The translations under genes and the position numbers were made by a program. A stretch of DNA of 63,949 nt, the filler included, from Basidiobolus ranarum (Eukaryota), in assembly GCA_040143965.1 (NCBI GenBank). It is 3 parts of 3 records of this genome, joined end to end, with 100 filler letters (N's around TTAATTAATTAA, not from the genome) between each part and the next. Parts side by side here need not be neighbours in the genome. Positions count along the whole stretch, not along the records: positions 21,935 to 43,741 come from JASJQH010007072.1; 2 more parts are not named here. The stretch is one strand, 5' to 3'. Shown here in pieces: positions 23,907 through 38,028 of this stretch; within the stretch, counting starts at the first letter, position 1; each line of letters opens with the position of its first letter. The notes beneath the pieces are model-generated. The model worked only from the letters and a program-made list of their open reading frames with translations. It searched no databases and had not been told where the DNA came from.

Positions 23907-24632
23907 ATGGCACGTATAGTTATCGTAGGTGGTAGAGGAAAAGTTGCCTCCCGTTTGGCTACTCTACTAGCAAAAAGAGGGGACACTGTGCATAGTATCG
24001 TTCGTGATCCGTCACATAAAGGGGACATCGAAAAGCTAGGTGCCACTCCGATTGTTGAGAGCATTGAAGACGCCTCAATTGACGATTTGGCACAGATTTT
24101 TTCTGGGAATGATGCAGTCATATTCAGCGCTGGAGCTGGAGGTAAAGGAGGTGCAGAAAGAACTAAAAAGGTCGATCTCGAAGGAGCAAAGAAAGTCGTG
24201 GATGCTACCAAGAAAGCTGGTGTTAAACGGTTTTTATTAGTAAGTGCCAATACTGCACGCCCAAAGGATGATATCCCTTCACACTGGGATAAACAAGATG
24301 TAGAAAGATTCCTTAAGTCTTGGGAGGCCCTGCCTGATTATTATGAAGCCAAGATTGAGGCTGATCGCTACGTGCTTCAGCAAGATGACTTGGATTGGAC
24401 TATTTTGAGACCTGGTCTATTAAGTGACGCACCAGGAACTGGTAAAGTTTCGTTAGGTAAAACAGGACTGTCTACTGACATTACTAGAGATGATGTTGCA
24501 GCGGTATTAGTGGCACTATTGGACCAACCACAATCCAAGCATCTTGCACTAGATCTCATCAATGGAGATACGTCAATTAATGAAGCTGTGAAGAAGGCTG
24601 TGGAGGCGAGATACTCCGCACTCAGTTTATAA
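23907..24632 (+). CDS. NAD(P)H-binding Rossmann-fold protein (atypical SDR, YMR090W/YhfK-like), intronless
   Basis: RIVIVGGRGKVA nucleotide-binding loop, DAVIFSAGAGG, YYEAKIEAD, WTILRPGLL, ITRDDVA. Confidence 0.9.
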   Translation: MARIVIVGGRGKVASRLATLLAKRGDTVHSIVRDPSHKGDIEKLGATPIVESIEDASIDDLAQIFSGNDAVIFSAGAGGKGGAERTKKVDLEGAKKVVDATKKAGVKRFLLVSANTARPKDDIPSHWDKQDVERFLKSWEALPDYYEAKIEADRYVLQQDDLDWTILRPGLLSDAPGTGKVSLGKTGLSTDITRDDVAAVLVALLDQPQSKHLALDLINGDTSINEAVKKAVEARYSALSL

Positions 24633-27600
24633 TTCCAACTTCAGTAAATACTATCGTACATATATCGCAGTACATATGCAAAGATGCACCACATCAATAA
24701 ATTGAGATTACAGTATAATGTATAACCGTTTGAATCTGTAGCTCAGAGAATAATTAATATACTGAAAAATAATCCTTGTCAGTTCCTAGAAATTAGGGCT
24801 GTGTAGTTTCCATTCCGGATGAGGGTTTGAAACTTCAAAGCGACATCGTAAAATCAAATACATGAGAGAATAGAGGCAATTTACTTACGTATGCCCAAAG
24901 GAACACTGATTGCCATTTTAGCTATCAATCTATATATACAGTTAAAGAAATCCAAACAACTCAGAGAGTTAACTCTTATTCCTTCTGCGTTCGTCAGAAT
25001 TGACATCCAATCCGGGAACCTTAGAGAACGCGATCACATAGTTGTATCATTTAACGCACACTACAAACGTGAACAACTGTAGTAATTAGTAGGTCTCTAG
25101 GGCGACTAGGTTGAACACATGGGTTGCAAGGTTGATGATATCATAGATAGTTTGATACATTCTATCAAAATCGTATTGCATTTGGAAACATTGATTGGTT
25201 ATTGAATAACAATATCTGATATTTATTGTAATTTTGCGGACCAATTTTCTCGCCATCTGAGAGACTTCAGAATGTTTTACGTTTCACAAATTGCGCTATG
25301 CTACCCCAGTATATAGAAGTTTGACTGTGTGAATGTCAATATAGTAGCTAGTGTAAAACTAGCGGTCGGAAATCACTCTCACTCACGCTCTCCACGAGTC
25401 AGTAAAATCTGAAAGTGGTTCGAAAAGCCAAGTGGATATTACTACTACATACAGAACTGAATGATATTGTGAGAAAGTGATATAAAGCACAGAGCCGAAG
25501 CAAACAATTTCAGAGCAGTGAACATAGCAGATAACTTGGATAATTCTGCTTACAATAGAAATCAGTTTAAATTTCAATCTTCACGTATGATTTGACCTCA
25601 ATCCGCCAAGTCTAACCTGTATGAACTTTTTGATTATTTGTATGTTCAATAACAGTATTGTTACGACTTTAGCCCAAGCTAGGAGTTAATAATCGAGCAA
25701 GCACATAATAAAAATGTGCAAAAATACTTACAAATAGTGGGAACTATATTTCCTGATTAAATATGAGTGCTCAGTTTTATTTAAACTCTAATTCCATTGG
25801 ATCGTGTGTAAATGGATAATTTAACCATACATATTCAATCACGAGTCGCTCACCATTTTATAACGTTATTAACATGACTCAAAAAATGGTCTAGATACCG
25901 GGTATTTCCAAATCAGTAAATGAAGAAATATTTATATTCAAGTGTACACCAACAAATTCATTATTCACTTGGATTTGAAATATCCACACGTTTCTCCAAT
26001 TTTGGACGTTCCACTAAAGCTACGAATCGATTTATTCAGAAATGGGTATAGTAGGACCAGAATCTGCTACATTAATTTGTTTGGGTACTTCTCGTATGTT
26101 TGAGCACTTGAACTAGAAGTGTAGCTGATAGCACATGTACCAACAATTCAATGCATATACTATAACTCATTTCCAAGGATATTGCAGAAGTCCAAGTATT
26201 TCTGTAACTATTAATGGATCTCCCCTGACGTAACACGTAAGTCACTTAATGGAAATTAATTCTAGGAGCCTTGAAAGCCTCCAACGGTATCTTTAAATCT
26301 TAGGAAAAAGTGGGAGTTTCTGGGTAAGCCATTTACTATTTGACTGATTTGACAGCCATCAACAATAGTTTGTTATCTATGCCACTTTAAAAGTATTTCG
26401 ATAGTGAAGGTAGTAATATCCAACACACAGACTTCCAAAATAATAAAATTAGTAGGTTGGCTACGCTAGAATCATTTCGTTTTATTATTTTTTTATCTAT
26501 AACGATATCTCATAGCTAAGAATGTGCATAGTCAGTTTATGTAAAACCGAAGCTAGTTTGGTCTTCTGTAAATTACGCCTCATTGAGTTAGCATTGTTTC
26601 TCCACTAGAACTCTGTTGAAAATCGATACTGCCATCATTTACTGATCTTCGAAATACTGTTGCGGTAATCATAGCCCCACGAAGTTACATAAGTACAGGA
26701 CAGACCTCAATAACAAATGGCGAGCGTAGTATACTGGGTGTGGACTACAAGACCTGAATTACTCTAGCATAACATTGTGAACCTAGATGTTCAAAAAACC
26801 AGCTGGGGCATATTATACCAACGCTACAAATATCTAATAACAAAGCCGTCTGAAGGTGAAAAGTATGTGAATGCAATATCTAGACGCAAAAACATATCCC
26901 GATTAGATAATCAGTGAAATCTCGATGAACTAGGTGAGAATTCGTACCATCGTGATGTGGATATGTTCTTGTTTGCCTATTCTTTAATATAATCACGGAC
27001 CATAAAAGTCAATTTCTCTTTCTGTCTAACCGTACTTTCCGTAGTTCGATAGCCATTCCAGTCATGAGTTGAATTGCAATCTAGACGGTATATTTATATA
27101 TCACCGCTATCGGGATATTGCGCAGTGTTGCCCTCCTCAAGGGAGGGGTGACGTGTTCGGATGAGTTATATGGAAGCTCCTCTGTGATTCAACTATGATC
27201 CGAATTTTCCCGACGATTTTAGATTGATATACCTAAAAAGGTGCTAAAAGGTGCACTAACAACTCAGCGGTAACTTAGATACAGACGATGGCTAGAAAAT
27301 GACGTTACTTTTTGTAGTGGATCTAGTGAGAAGATACCTAGCTATATCGTAACTAACCGCACCTGTCAGGAATCATCTAGACTTTCCAGAACTAACACCG
27401 TGTGGCTAACTTGTTTAAATTCACAAAGATAAGGTCATCACGTTTGCTAGATCGTCGGAACTAAGGTGTTACAAGCTGGAATCATCCGTAAACACCATAC
27501 GCAAGCACCTAAAATCCCTTAGGTTTCCTTGATTTCTGGGTATTATTGGTGTTGAGATATCGGTGGCCTAGCATCGGATTTCCTAATTACTCCATACTCT

Positions 27601-28083
27601 GGGCACTGTTTCGGGGTGTTCTATTCAGCCCTAACCCTAATTTGAATATTACTTTCTAGCATTTGTCGTTTCGTGATTACCAAATTAGTTCGAGTTTCTT
27701 CGATTTATGTATTGACCAATCACGGCCTACATAACATGGAGGGGAATGATTTGAATCAGCTGTACTGTTTTCTGGGGAGGATTCTAGTAGAGATACGTTA
27801 ATTACATCATAATTGGTTCAATATGCTTATGAAGTTCAATGCGATTTATCCCGAGTCATCGCTTTATAGGCCTGCTTAAATCGATATACTGCAGTCATTT
27901 GGAGACCAACTATAAATCTTGACATTAGCACATCCTTACTTTGCTTTCTTGTGACTTTTTTCTCATAAAGTGCACATTTATCCCAACACTCATATACCTA
28001 CACCATTTTTCATTCACGAAAGACGCCCATATAATCCCTTTTTTGTGACTTTTTCTTATCAAACCACACCTTATTGCCATATA

Positions 28084-29343
28084 ATGGATTTTGAAGAACA
28101 TGTGCAACAACTTGCCGTACCTTTTCAACATAACAGACCTGATGCAAATCGAGGCAATGCTCATAATTTCCTAGTTTCTCTCGGCAACGAAAGTTCTTTT
28201 TTCGATAATGTTCAACAGAGTATTATTGCCGCTCCTCAACCTCGTAAGTTTTAGCTTTTTGATCAACCTCGTTTGACGTTTTGGCATCCTTATATTTTCT
28301 TTTCTAAAATCTAATGTTTCCTTCTCAATCTCGCAGAAATACAGGACACTTTTACTGCACCAGGTGGTGGTCATATTACTGCTTTGGATTTCAATGATCC
28401 ACCTTTTTCCTGGGTTTCTACTCCTTTCAGATATAATAATTTACTCAAGGGAGTATTACAGTCTGTCCCTGATGATTCTAGCTGGAATTTAGAAGAGGAG
28501 CTACATCAATTGAGCTCATCGACATTTTCAACCTCTAGTCTACCCATCGCGATTGCAACCGGTATGTATTTAGTACTCTATTATAATGTTTGAATAAGTT
28601 TTCTGACTTTAATTATAGATCAATATCTAAATGTTACCCGACCAAGCGTTAATGCCGACCTTTCCTTCTATTTGCCTGATGAATTACTATTACAAATATT
28701 TCAATATATAGCACCATTACAGGCGTCCTTGAACGCATGTGCTGAAGTATGTCGACAGTGGAATCGTTGTGTCACTCCTTTATTGTATTACGCACCCAAG
28801 TTTGCGTCTACTTTTCATTGGGCTTTGTTTATCCAAACTCTGCTGCGTCCAAAAAGGCTTCACTCCCACGGTATGTTCGTTCATCGTATTGACCTATCCG
28901 GGAGAGGTCAATTCAACGATATCTGTGTATCTGCCTCTTCTTTGATACAATTGGCGTTTAACTGTCCCAAGCTGTCTTCGTTGAATTTGTCTGGATGCTC
29001 AATATTTGGGGATACCTTTTGGAGAGAGTTACGAGAGTACCAGTCCATGTTGCAGCATGTTCCACAGTCGGATTTAACGCGTGTCGCGATTAGCTATAAG
29101 CACGCCATTCATGCTCTAGCTACCCGTTGTCCTAATCTACAAGAGCTTTATATCTCCGGATGTGATTGGGTCACTGTGGAAGTATTGCACATAATAGTTC
29201 GGAGGTTTACCTCACTGAAGATACTTGACTTGACGAAATGTGCAAAAATACTGTCAGACAACATCACCCTGATCCATAATGTTCATTATGCAAAAGAGAA
29301 TGAAACGATACTGGATACAATTCTGAAAGCTTTAGATACGTAA
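28084..29343 (+). CDS. F-box/LRR protein (introns 28244-28336 and 28562-28618)
   Basis: Three exons splice in frame; F-box LPDELLLQIFQYI...VCRQWN; RNI-like LRRs CPKLSSLNLSGC, CPNLQELYISGC, LKILDLTKC. Confidence 0.88.
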
Positions 29344-30035
29344 ATTCCTTGTTCGTTTTTTATATATTTGTATACTTTTGCAGTCTTGGTCAGTCATCCT
29401 CATTCTTCATTTTGAGAAATAATTCACATTCCATTTCCAAATACCTATATGTATGTAACATAATACCCGACCCGTCCGATCTTTACCTTCGCTTTTTCAC
29501 ACCGTTTGTTCAACTATAATTTGTCATCCTTGTGCTCCAAGAAGAATAATACTCCCATTCTAAAAACAGAAGCATTGGAATTTTTGGTTTTATCAAGGGA
29601 AGAGAATGCCAAAACGCGTAACATGAAAAGGAAATCTATTCTTAGTAATGAATAAAAAACTTAAATGAATATTTCATTTTGGATCCAATGAAGTCCTCTT
29701 TAAATAAAGCGTGTTTAAATTAGATGAAGTGATTCTTGTTGCTTTCTGAATTTTGTTCAGAATGAGATGTTTCTCGATATCGCGCACGGCTTACCAGTCG
29801 AGAGGGTTCCCCCCATACTTTCGGTAAAACAATATTACTTGATTCGGTTATTGTATCTGATCAAGGGTAATGTTTGGTTCCAGTAAAAATTAGCACTTGG
29901 ATTTATTCATTAGAAACAAACGAGAACAACGCCCAAACAAAGGTTATTGAAGGGATATGAAATTATATACAAGAATTCAGCCTGCAGAAATAGAAGATCA
30001 TAAATAAAGTGAATCAAACCAGAGCCTCGTTATCA

Positions 30036-30644
30036 TTACTTCGTTTTCTTGGTTGGTGAAGAAGTTTTTATCGGCTTTGTACGCTTCTTAGTGGTGGTCA
30101 CTTTAGTGCGTGTCTTGGAATCCTTAGTAGGGATTACCATAGCATTGTCCGCAATGTTGGTGGCTTCCTTGGTTTTAATTCCTTTAGGTTTCTTCTCTTT
30201 GGGCTTGGGAGCAGGGGTCGGAGATCCTTTCTTAGATTTCTTTTCCTTGGCAACATTTTTATTCTCTTTTTTTTCAACAGGTTTGAGTTTGGGCTTAGGC
30301 TCTGTTGGCTTCTTCGCCAGTTTTACAGGTCCCGAGGGGCCTTTAGGTTGAGTGAAGTGTTCCGAGGTTACACTACGTTTAAGAGCAAGATTAAATAGGT
30401 TATCAAAAGTATCGCCAACTTTGTAATTGGCTTGAATGTATTTCTTAATTGCTTGGCGCGATGAGCCATTACGCTCCTTAAGGTTGACGATTGCTGCGGT
30501 GATCATATCTTTGTAAGTTGGATTATTGTTGGTAGCTTTCTTGGCTGTAGGTGACTTCTTAATAGGCTTGACTACCTTAGCTTTGACTGGAGTAACCTTC
30601 TTCTCTGGAGTTCTGGATGTACGATCATTACGAGGAGTAAGCAT
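30036..30644 (-). CDS. HHO1: Linker histone H1
   Basis: Globular domain [29 protein letters not shown]...[11 protein letters not shown]; Lys/Pro-rich tails; first ATG at 30644. Confidence 0.93.
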   Translation of the reverse strand: MLTPRNDRTSRTPEKKVTPVKAKVVKPIKKSPTAKKATNNNPTYKDMITAAIVNLKERNGSSRQAIKKYIQANYKVGDTFDNLFNLALKRSVTSEHFTQPKGPSGPVKLAKKPTEPKPKLKPVEKKENKNVAKEKKSKKGSPTPAPKPKEKKPKGIKTKEATNIADNAMVIPTKDSKTRTKVTTTKKRTKPIKTSSPTKKTK

Positions 30645-32897
30645 GATGAATAGATTCAAGAGACCAAAGATGGTAGTTGCTTATGTAACCCAAGGGCTAT
30701 CTGGGAAGGGAGGAAAAAGTAGAATTGTGAGTTCTACTTACAAATTGTCTTCAATTTATATCTGATCTGACAGGCCTCAACATCAACATCACATATCTCT
30801 TGGCTGATAGAGCCCGAGATTGTGAGCAAATCAATCACCAGTAAATTGGGATAAGTATAACCTGTGCTAATGAAACATTGTGAGTGGCAAATAGCTCAGC
30901 ATTTCGATTTCATTACTCACCTGCATGTAGTTGCCAATATGCTCTACATACTTGTCAGTGGCACATATATCCTTCACACTATCCATACGGCGGTCACGCG
31001 TATAGTCCATCAAGAATTCAAAAGATACACGTGCTGGCTAGTCAAAATACAAATCATTTGGAATCTGTTTAACCACTTCTGATCGATATTTCCCTACCGA
31101 ACAACGAACGCAGTGAGGCAATATTCTTGACAATCTTCTAAATTAATCATTTTAAATCAGCGGTGGTGGTATCACTTGGCTTGATTGAAGCATGTACCGA
31201 TTTCTATGCCGCATAACGTCTAACTACTCGGAAGCTCTCTTAACAAGGGATGAATTAACAGCCATCTTGATGAGACTTCTAACATCAAATCAATCCTGAG
31301 TGTGGTTATATTATTACCACCACAAAGGAATGTCTCATTGATTGCCATACGACCTTTCTAAGAACTATCCCTATCCCTTAATTTGCTCAAGTGATTTTCA
31401 TTTGAGGTTAAGGAGTAAATGGGATGGTCACCTACCACTGCAGCCAATTATACAATAAACTACTATCCTATATTTATCTTGCGAGTTAAGTGGCTATATA
31501 TTGGGGGATATCAATACATGTAGTACATGATGACCTGTCAACACGAATCTAAGCATGTAGCTCCTTGATCGTTGGTACTGGTGACAGACAGACAGGTTAA
31601 TTCATGAAGTGTCTGTGATACTTGCTATTCAGTCAGTCTTCTGCCATCAAATCAAGCGCAGTATTAAGTATAGTACAACAGTTACAAAGATTACCTGCTA
31701 TCTTACTCTTTATTCGTGTCTTTATAGCATTATTGAATCTTCTCGATGCAAATTTATCCTCCTAAAGCCTCATTATCCAGAGATCAATATATGGCTGTAC
31801 CGAGTCGAGATTAGCAGGCTAAACTTTGGTGATATCACTATTAATACTATTAGTAATATTAAATCTGAGAGCGATATGATGCATTTGATATGGCCATACG
31901 ATTCAAAGTAAAGATACTGGTATCAAGAGAGGTCTATAATATGAATCCCATCAATACTTCATAGAGTGAAGATTCCAGTCATGCTTAGTGAATGATACAA
32001 TTATCATATGAATGATCTTACGTGATCAACTTTATTTTACAATCGTCAACTATGGACAATGTTTCAGAAAAGGTCAACTTGGGTGAGGGACAGCTCTTCT
32101 AATAAAAACCTACGATTATCAAGGTCATTTGCATTTATGATTTTCCTCATATGTTGTTAAACGAAACTACTGATGACAGAGTTGAGCATGAATTGGTTGT
32201 GAATAACAAGGGTAACGAGTATCAGTCACTGTTATTTCTTGATTTTGTTTTCTACTGAGTTCTGCTTGGGAATAGATAACGATTCATTTGAAATTTGACC
32301 ATGATCGTTTCTGCACAGAATTTGGCAGACAACATTCGACCTGCACAGCTAGCCTATCTCTAACTTAGAGTCTCCTTATCTAATGGATTCGACACTTCCA
32401 TAAAGAAGCAATCAATGGTGATTTGGATCTAACAATTTCTGCTAACATGTTCGCTTGAATGCGAGACCGAGGTACAATAAGGGCTCATACATGAGATCAG
32501 CACACTATTCATTATCTCGTGTCAACAATTCCACTGTTGCGTTTAGAGTTTGGATCACTTTCTACAATGTCCAGCAATGAGATTGATTTATAACATACAC
32601 ATTTGAGGCGATTACTCAACCCGAACAGTACAAATAAACTATATGCTTTACTGAAGAGATTGCACATATGAAACTAATCTCCTACAGCGTTTTGCTTGGT
32701 ACATATGAAGGAATCTCATTACTGTCTAACATTAAGTAGGGAAAAAGAGGGCGCCAGGAACACGCTTCCATATCTGAATGGATGCAATTGGTCATGTTTA
32801 CATCTAGCTCTATGAAGAATTTCTTAATAATGAATCAAATGTGTAAATCACTAAAGATACCGTCGAGAAGAGTTGTATGTATGCGTGTTCAAGTGAC

Positions 32898-33680
32898 TTA
32901 TTTCGCCTTAGGCTTAGAAGTGTAGCCACAAAGCTCCTCGTAAGCTTTATACAGCTCCTTGGGTTTTATCAAAGATCTATAGTATACAACAGGCTCGCGT
33001 TGGTGTTTGGTGTTTGAGACCGCTTGATAGAAATCTTGCGCGCAAGGTACACACAAATTTTCTTTTAGTTTACCCTTTGCTTCACGATTACCATACTTCG
33101 CATTCATCCAGTTAACGTTACCATTAATAACTAAATCCAAGCAGTGAGATTGTGAACCCCCACGAGCGATTTTCTTGCACGCCACCGTGGCGGTATTCAT
33201 ATTAGACCAAGAATGAAATACTGAATCAGCAAGATTCTGGGAGTTTTGTGGGAATTGGCACTGCTCTGATATGTGCTGACTAGCCTTTACGGTAGCATCG
33301 AGGCACTTCTCTGAGCATACGGTCTCCAAAGTACTAAAAAACAAACTTGTATACTGGTAACATTCCCGTAACTTTGGATACAATTCCTCAACCTTTTTAA
33401 TAGCTGTTTGACATTTTGCGGACTTATCATTTATATACCCTGCAAACCCAGTGCCGGTTTTCTTTGCAGAGTTCGGGCCATTGGCCGTGATCTGCTCAAA
33501 AATAGTGAGTGGTGGCGCTTTGGTACTCTTCTGACTCTCCTTTTGTCTTCCGTCCCTCCTAGAAATAGGCTCATGAACTTCTAGGATCTGATTCGACTGA
33601 GTTTTCGAATTCTTGTCCTCCGCCGTGACTGTTTGTAAAAGCACCGCGGTGACGAGATAGAGGATTAGACAGGACTTCAT
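32898..33680 (-). CDS. Secreted Cys-rich protein of unknown function (intronless)
   Basis: Signal peptide MKSCLILYLVTAVLLQTVTA (ATG 33680), low-complexity linker, Cys-rich helical domain (ECY...TVCSEKC...QC...AC...HC...LCVPC...LC). Confidence 0.8.
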   Translation of the reverse strand: MKSCLILYLVTAVLLQTVTAEDKNSKTQSNQILEVHEPISRRDGRQKESQKSTKAPPLTIFEQITANGPNSAKKTGTGFAGYINDKSAKCQTAIKKVEELYPKLRECYQYTSLFFSTLETVCSEKCLDATVKASQHISEQCQFPQNSQNLADSVFHSWSNMNTATVACKKIARGGSQSHCLDLVINGNVNWMNAKYGNREAKGKLKENLCVPCAQDFYQAVSNTKHQREPVVYYRSLIKPKELYKAYEELCGYTSKPKAK

Positions 33681-34699
33681 TGGATAGGAGAGTAAGTAGA
33701 GCTTGGCCGACAACCAAAAGCTAAGCAGTCATCGCCAAGTTTTTATTCAAACCTGAAGAGCAAACCACGAGTAGAATTGGGTAGAATCATGAAACTCAAA
33801 CATCAAACAAAACTCTCCGTTTTCACATCTAAACAACCTTGTTACCTCGAGTCAACAGATCAACTGGACTTAATGAATTTCAATAAATCCCAATAGAATC
33901 AGTACATAAATTAAGGAGGAGAGAGTATTCATTTGTAATTAATTTGTACTCAGTAGAATGTTTAACATCATCTGAAAGTGAAACCAGGAACAAAGCATTA
34001 AAACCGGTTAGCAAGTTGGGTGATTCTTCGTCATTTGATTCTATCAACTTTAATGAGAATAAGATTTCATTCTTCACTTCGGACACCCCTGCTCTTCACC
34101 TGGAAGCTGCGTATGATTAAACAGTGCTTCATAGACTGGGTGATACGCTACAGAACCACAACAACGAAACAAATCGGAAGTTAGCATGCATATCTATCCT
34201 TAAACCATCCGTGAGTATGTTCTTTCTTTTTGTTGTGTTAGATTTTCAAATGATTTGGCATTAATATGCAAAGGTCTAGAGGCTATATAGAGCTGATCTG
34301 AAGCGATCCATAATAACCTGGGGTGATCCCACGTTAAAAAAGGCACCCATGCGAAGCAATCCACCAGAATAGACAATCCAAGGTTCTTCTTTCCGCGGAC
34401 AGAATGGGATTCACACAACATGACCAATGTACACGTTGATTCGATAATTATGTTGATGAACAACAGATCATTCCCATTTTGTACTACGCCTTTTCGCACC
34501 TTTATTTCTCAACAATAACACAACTAATTTGGTTGCGTCGACTGATTTGGAAGTAGCATCTCTTCGCCATGACACCAATTTCATTCGTGTAACTACCGGG
34601 ATTGTTGGTGTAACCATCTACCACTCCGGAAGCCTTAAATAAGGGATTTTCGCCTCTGAGAATATCATCCAATTACTCTCACTACCCTCTCTTAATAAA

Positions 34700-35371
34700 A
34701 TGAAAGTTCTCTCGTTGACCTCTTTGGCTGTTGTTGCTTTGTCTTTCGCCCAGACCGTTGTTGGTACGTACAAGTCGACTCTTTACATATGTGACTATTG
34801 ATTTTTATTGATCTTTCATCAATTTTGATTAGCTGCCGATTGGAGGATTACTGATCTCCCAGAAGCTAATCGAATTCTTACTTGCAGCCAACAGACCGCT
34901 TATTGCGCAAACAACTGCGGTGGTGATGGTCCTGAATTCGCTCCTATGAATTTCTGTAATCCCAAGACTATGGGTTGGGGATGTGGTTGCAAAATTAAGA
35001 AGCCAGACTTTCCACCCTACCGCTGGCCCGTTGTCGTTGCTGAATGTGAGGGAATGAAAGCTGACTGCAACGCTAAATGCCCCCAGGACAACAATATCAA
35101 CACTTGTTACACCGCTTGTACTGGAAAGTATCTTTGCAACACCGACAAAGCTCCTCCATCGTACTTGCAAGTTAGCGATGTGAATGCCACACCTGCTTAT
35201 ACTTCAGGTGGCACCCCTGCTGCTACTGGTACCAACCCAACCAACGCTGCTGGAACAGGAACCTCCACTTCTCCCACTGACACCACTAAGCCCAATGGTG
35301 CTTCCTTGGTTTCCGCTGGACTTGGATCATCTGTTGCCGCCTTGGTCGCTGTTGCCTACATGGCTCTCTAA
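34700..35371 (+). CDS. Predicted GPI-anchored Cys-rich surface protein (intron 34764-34832)
   Basis: Signal peptide MKVLSLTSLAVVALSFAQ; Cys domain CSQQTAYCANNC...NFC...CGC...C...C...C...C...C; Thr/Gly stalk; NGA omega site plus hydrophobic C-terminus. Confidence 0.9.
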
Positions 35372-38028
35372 TTAGTGATATAGATATCATTCCTACACTA
35401 CCTCATTAGTACAATTTACGAACCATAATATCCCTAATTTTTGCTGGCTCACCCAAGATTATTAAACTGATTTTATTCATATCATATCGTATCTAATGTT
35501 CCCAATTTGAATTCAACATCTATACCAGACCATTATTCTCCTCGTGGAAATAAGCTAAATCCCTGATTATTTCCAGGTATGGCTCCTGATTCATTAGCCA
35601 ATTAAATCTAATGAAAGCTCGAGTCACCCAAGACTCGAAGCCAGTGAAGGATGTTTCTGTTTCGAAAATTCCTGGATTTTTTAATTTATCCACTTGGCCC
35701 CAATGAACTTGATCAACAGGTTACTTTTAACCATACTCATCCAAAACGCCTGAAGAAAGACTTAGGGCTAGGGTATGCTATTCTAGGTGATTAATAGGAA
35801 TCCTATTATGAGCCATATAAACCACAATCTACACCAGTCGAAAGTTATGTTAGCTAATTCGTTAGGAATGATGGTGAATTTTTAGATGAAAACCCAAAAT
35901 CTCCTGAGAATATCTGGTTGCTTTCATTTCTTTAAGTAGTAGAGAATAATTTTTTAATACATTGAGAGTATGATATGGATAAGAGTTTGACAGAGACTGA
36001 TGGACATTCCTTGCTAAGAATAATATGGTCAATTGCAAATCCAACACAGAAAAGGGTATTCAAGATAGTATCCTGGCCAATGCATGTAACAATACTACAA
36101 TGGTCCTAAGCTAAAACGACCTACTGGGAAAGCTTTCAAAAGTAGTGCTGGATTGGCTATAAATGGCAGGAATTCACTGATAACAATGCTGAATCATGCA
36201 CAAGATATTCTATTCAGCCTTCATTGACTTCTTTATCTTTGGCCTCAGTATCTAGTCTCCTCTTATTGGCTCAATATGTATTCATCAAACATTTCCTGAT
36301 ACACATACAAACTGCTAGTTCTATTGAGGTTGATCTCACAACAAAAGCAACTCTATATACATAGGATATACGATAAAAGCACATTCCACATTCCAAACGT
36401 TGGATCAAATGGCTTATGGTCAGGTGATTTTCCTAAAGAGCCTCGGCGACTAAGTGAGATAGATCAAATCAGGCAAGTCGGATCTCCACAAGTAAAGCTG
36501 GAAATCCATGGGTTGCTTTAATCGTTGTAGAGTTAACATGAGCAGTGTATATCAAATCCCGATACAAACACGTGATCCACGAGTAAGCATATATCGATTA
36601 AGAAATTATTGTGGGCTGTCTGATCCCGTGATAATAATCGCTTGTCATCAATAAGAAAATCATCGGAAGCTCAAGATTGAATTAGCCTCGGATATATACT
36701 TGTTTAGATTGCCCCGAATAATTCGAAGACAGGCATACATCCATAAATCCAATAAATAAGCTTCCAATTTCAATACTCTTGTTCAAATGGATAACATCCT
36801 ATCCAAATAGGAAATCATTACTGCATCAAGATTCAAGTACGAGACATTCCGTAGCTGTAGCCAGTTTCTAGGTCCATTGGAGAGTGATGATGACGAAGAT
36901 AGAATGAAACTATCTGTAAATCCTCTTTAGAATGTGAATTGGTCTGGTTCTGAGCTCCCCATGCACTTGCAAATAGAGTTAGTGAGGTATCTAACCGATC
37001 ATTGGCCATCGTTAAATCTGGAAAATCATACCGTTATGTTCTCTTTTAGATCAGCCATTCTCTCCTTAATACAACCTAGTACTCATTTATCGCCTAGAAC
37101 AATGTCTAAACCCCTGAACACAGTAAAGACACATTAACTGAGGGAATGCAGAGATCATACGAACTAGGATTCATGACCATTTGCATGTACGTCCAGATAC
37201 TGGGCAATCCCAACTCTTGATGAGCATCTCAAAGTGATCCTCATTCTATCCTCCTTAACAACACAGTATACATTCACATGCTCAAATACACAATGTATGG
37301 AAAAGCTCACAATACATGGAGGAATCGAAGCCTTTGTTGCCATCAAACAAATTCATATTCTTCCTCCGTAGCACTTTAGATTCCTTACTACTCACAATCA
37401 AATGGTTTCCGGATCAGTATGGACTTCCACGAAAGCGAAAACAATGAGGTGAATTGCAGAAGTGTGAATAAAATCCCTACAAATCCAAAACTTACCGTTT
37501 CCTGTTTGTGCTACATGAACACCTTGGATTGTTAGCAGTGATCTTACCATACATCGATGAACATGTCAAAGATTCAGATATGCTCCCCTCAGGTCACTAC
37601 TGTTACAATTGGATCAGTGGCTTGAACATCGAGATTCAATGGTTTTATCATGAGTCACCTAAAATCTTCATTCAACCCAATGGAGTGCTATCCTCACGTA
37701 ACTAAGGTCGATTTAATAAACAACGCGAAGTTTGTAGGCCCTACATTCTGCACCCCAAATTAGATTAAAGAAGCAGATGGAGTTCTTTTGATCGGGTAAA
37801 ATCCCAAGCAATCCGGATCTTGGTGGAACGCTTGGTGAGGCAGTGGTCGTAGGTTATTGTTATTCAACTGAATTCCCTTGCTCTTACCCCTGTCTTGGAG
37901 TATATTTTTCGGACTATTGTTGAGTTACGTTTTCTTATCCTGGTTTTACACCCAGTACTGACTGCAATAGCTTCTATTATTTGAGAGCTTCAGTCTCTAT
38001 CCACTCCACAAACCACTTCCTCTCTCTT

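Noticed and set aside
27138-27160. Purine tract AAGGGAGGGG followed by TGT, resembling PPT plus LTR start
   Set aside because: No second LTR copy, no pol remnant upstream and no definable end.
27629-27640. CCCTAACCCTAA telomere-like dimer
   Set aside because: Only two units; expected by chance or a simple promoter motif.
30049-30351. Hydrophobic 100-aa ORF resembling a membrane protein
   Set aside because: Antisense shadow of Lys-rich histone H1 codons.
37195-37345. Peptide LDEHLKVILILSSLTTQY resembling copia gag
   Set aside because: Too short and isolated to support without a profile search.
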